Position numbers and translations under genes: made by a program
Assembly: GCA_013265495.1 (NCBI GenBank)
Contig: MU061537.1
Coordinates: 726,076-746,075 of the forward strand
From: Vicugna vicugna
Lineage: Eukaryota
DNA length: 20,000 nt
Direction: 5' to 3'
The notes under the pieces: generated by a model
The model's database searches: none
The model's input: the letters and a program-made list of their open reading frames with translations, nothing else
Told to the model about the DNA's origin: nothing
Shown: piece after piece, positions 19,895 through 20,000 of the stretch
Numbering within the stretch: position 1 is the first letter of the stretch
Layout of the letters: the number at the start of each line of letters is the position of its first letter

Positions 19895-20000
19895 CTGGGG
19901 GCAAGGAGTGATCAAAGTCAGCCATGCGTGTGCTTTCCTTCACGCAGCACTGAAGGAGGAACCCACAGAAAGGCAGGGGTGGGGGAGGGGGCTGTCCAGC

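Noticed and set aside
1..20000. Prokaryote-type novel system (CRISPR, defence island, operon)
   Set aside because: The sequence is spliced mammalian DNA explained by known genes and ancient repeats; no repeat-spacer array or foreign coding block seen.

Overview
Mammalian (non-primate, probably laurasiatherian) genomic DNA matching the gene order of human 1q21.3. It holds three genes. (1) A CpG island with a non-coding first exon on the minus strand, inferred from synteny to be CERS2. (2) A complete, intact ANXA9 (annexin A9) on the plus strand: 2 putative non-coding exons and 12 coding exons with GT-AG introns, 1038 nt CDS, 345 aa. (3) The last 8 coding exons of MINDY1/FAM63A (K48-selective deubiquitinase) on the minus strand, converging tail-to-tail with ANXA9. 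Only ancient repeats are recognisable (MIR, L2, MLT1 LTR); I see no young SINEs. I found no evidence of a new biological system. The best leads are lineage-specific details: an apparently shifted splice acceptor and a uORF in the ANXA9 5'UTR, loss of the last acidic Ca2+-cap residue in ANXA9, an intronic AATAAA cluster, very closely spaced convergent poly(A) sites, and a weak terminal acceptor controlling the MINDY1 CaaX exon. Comparisons with human and cattle orthologues are from memory and need alignment.
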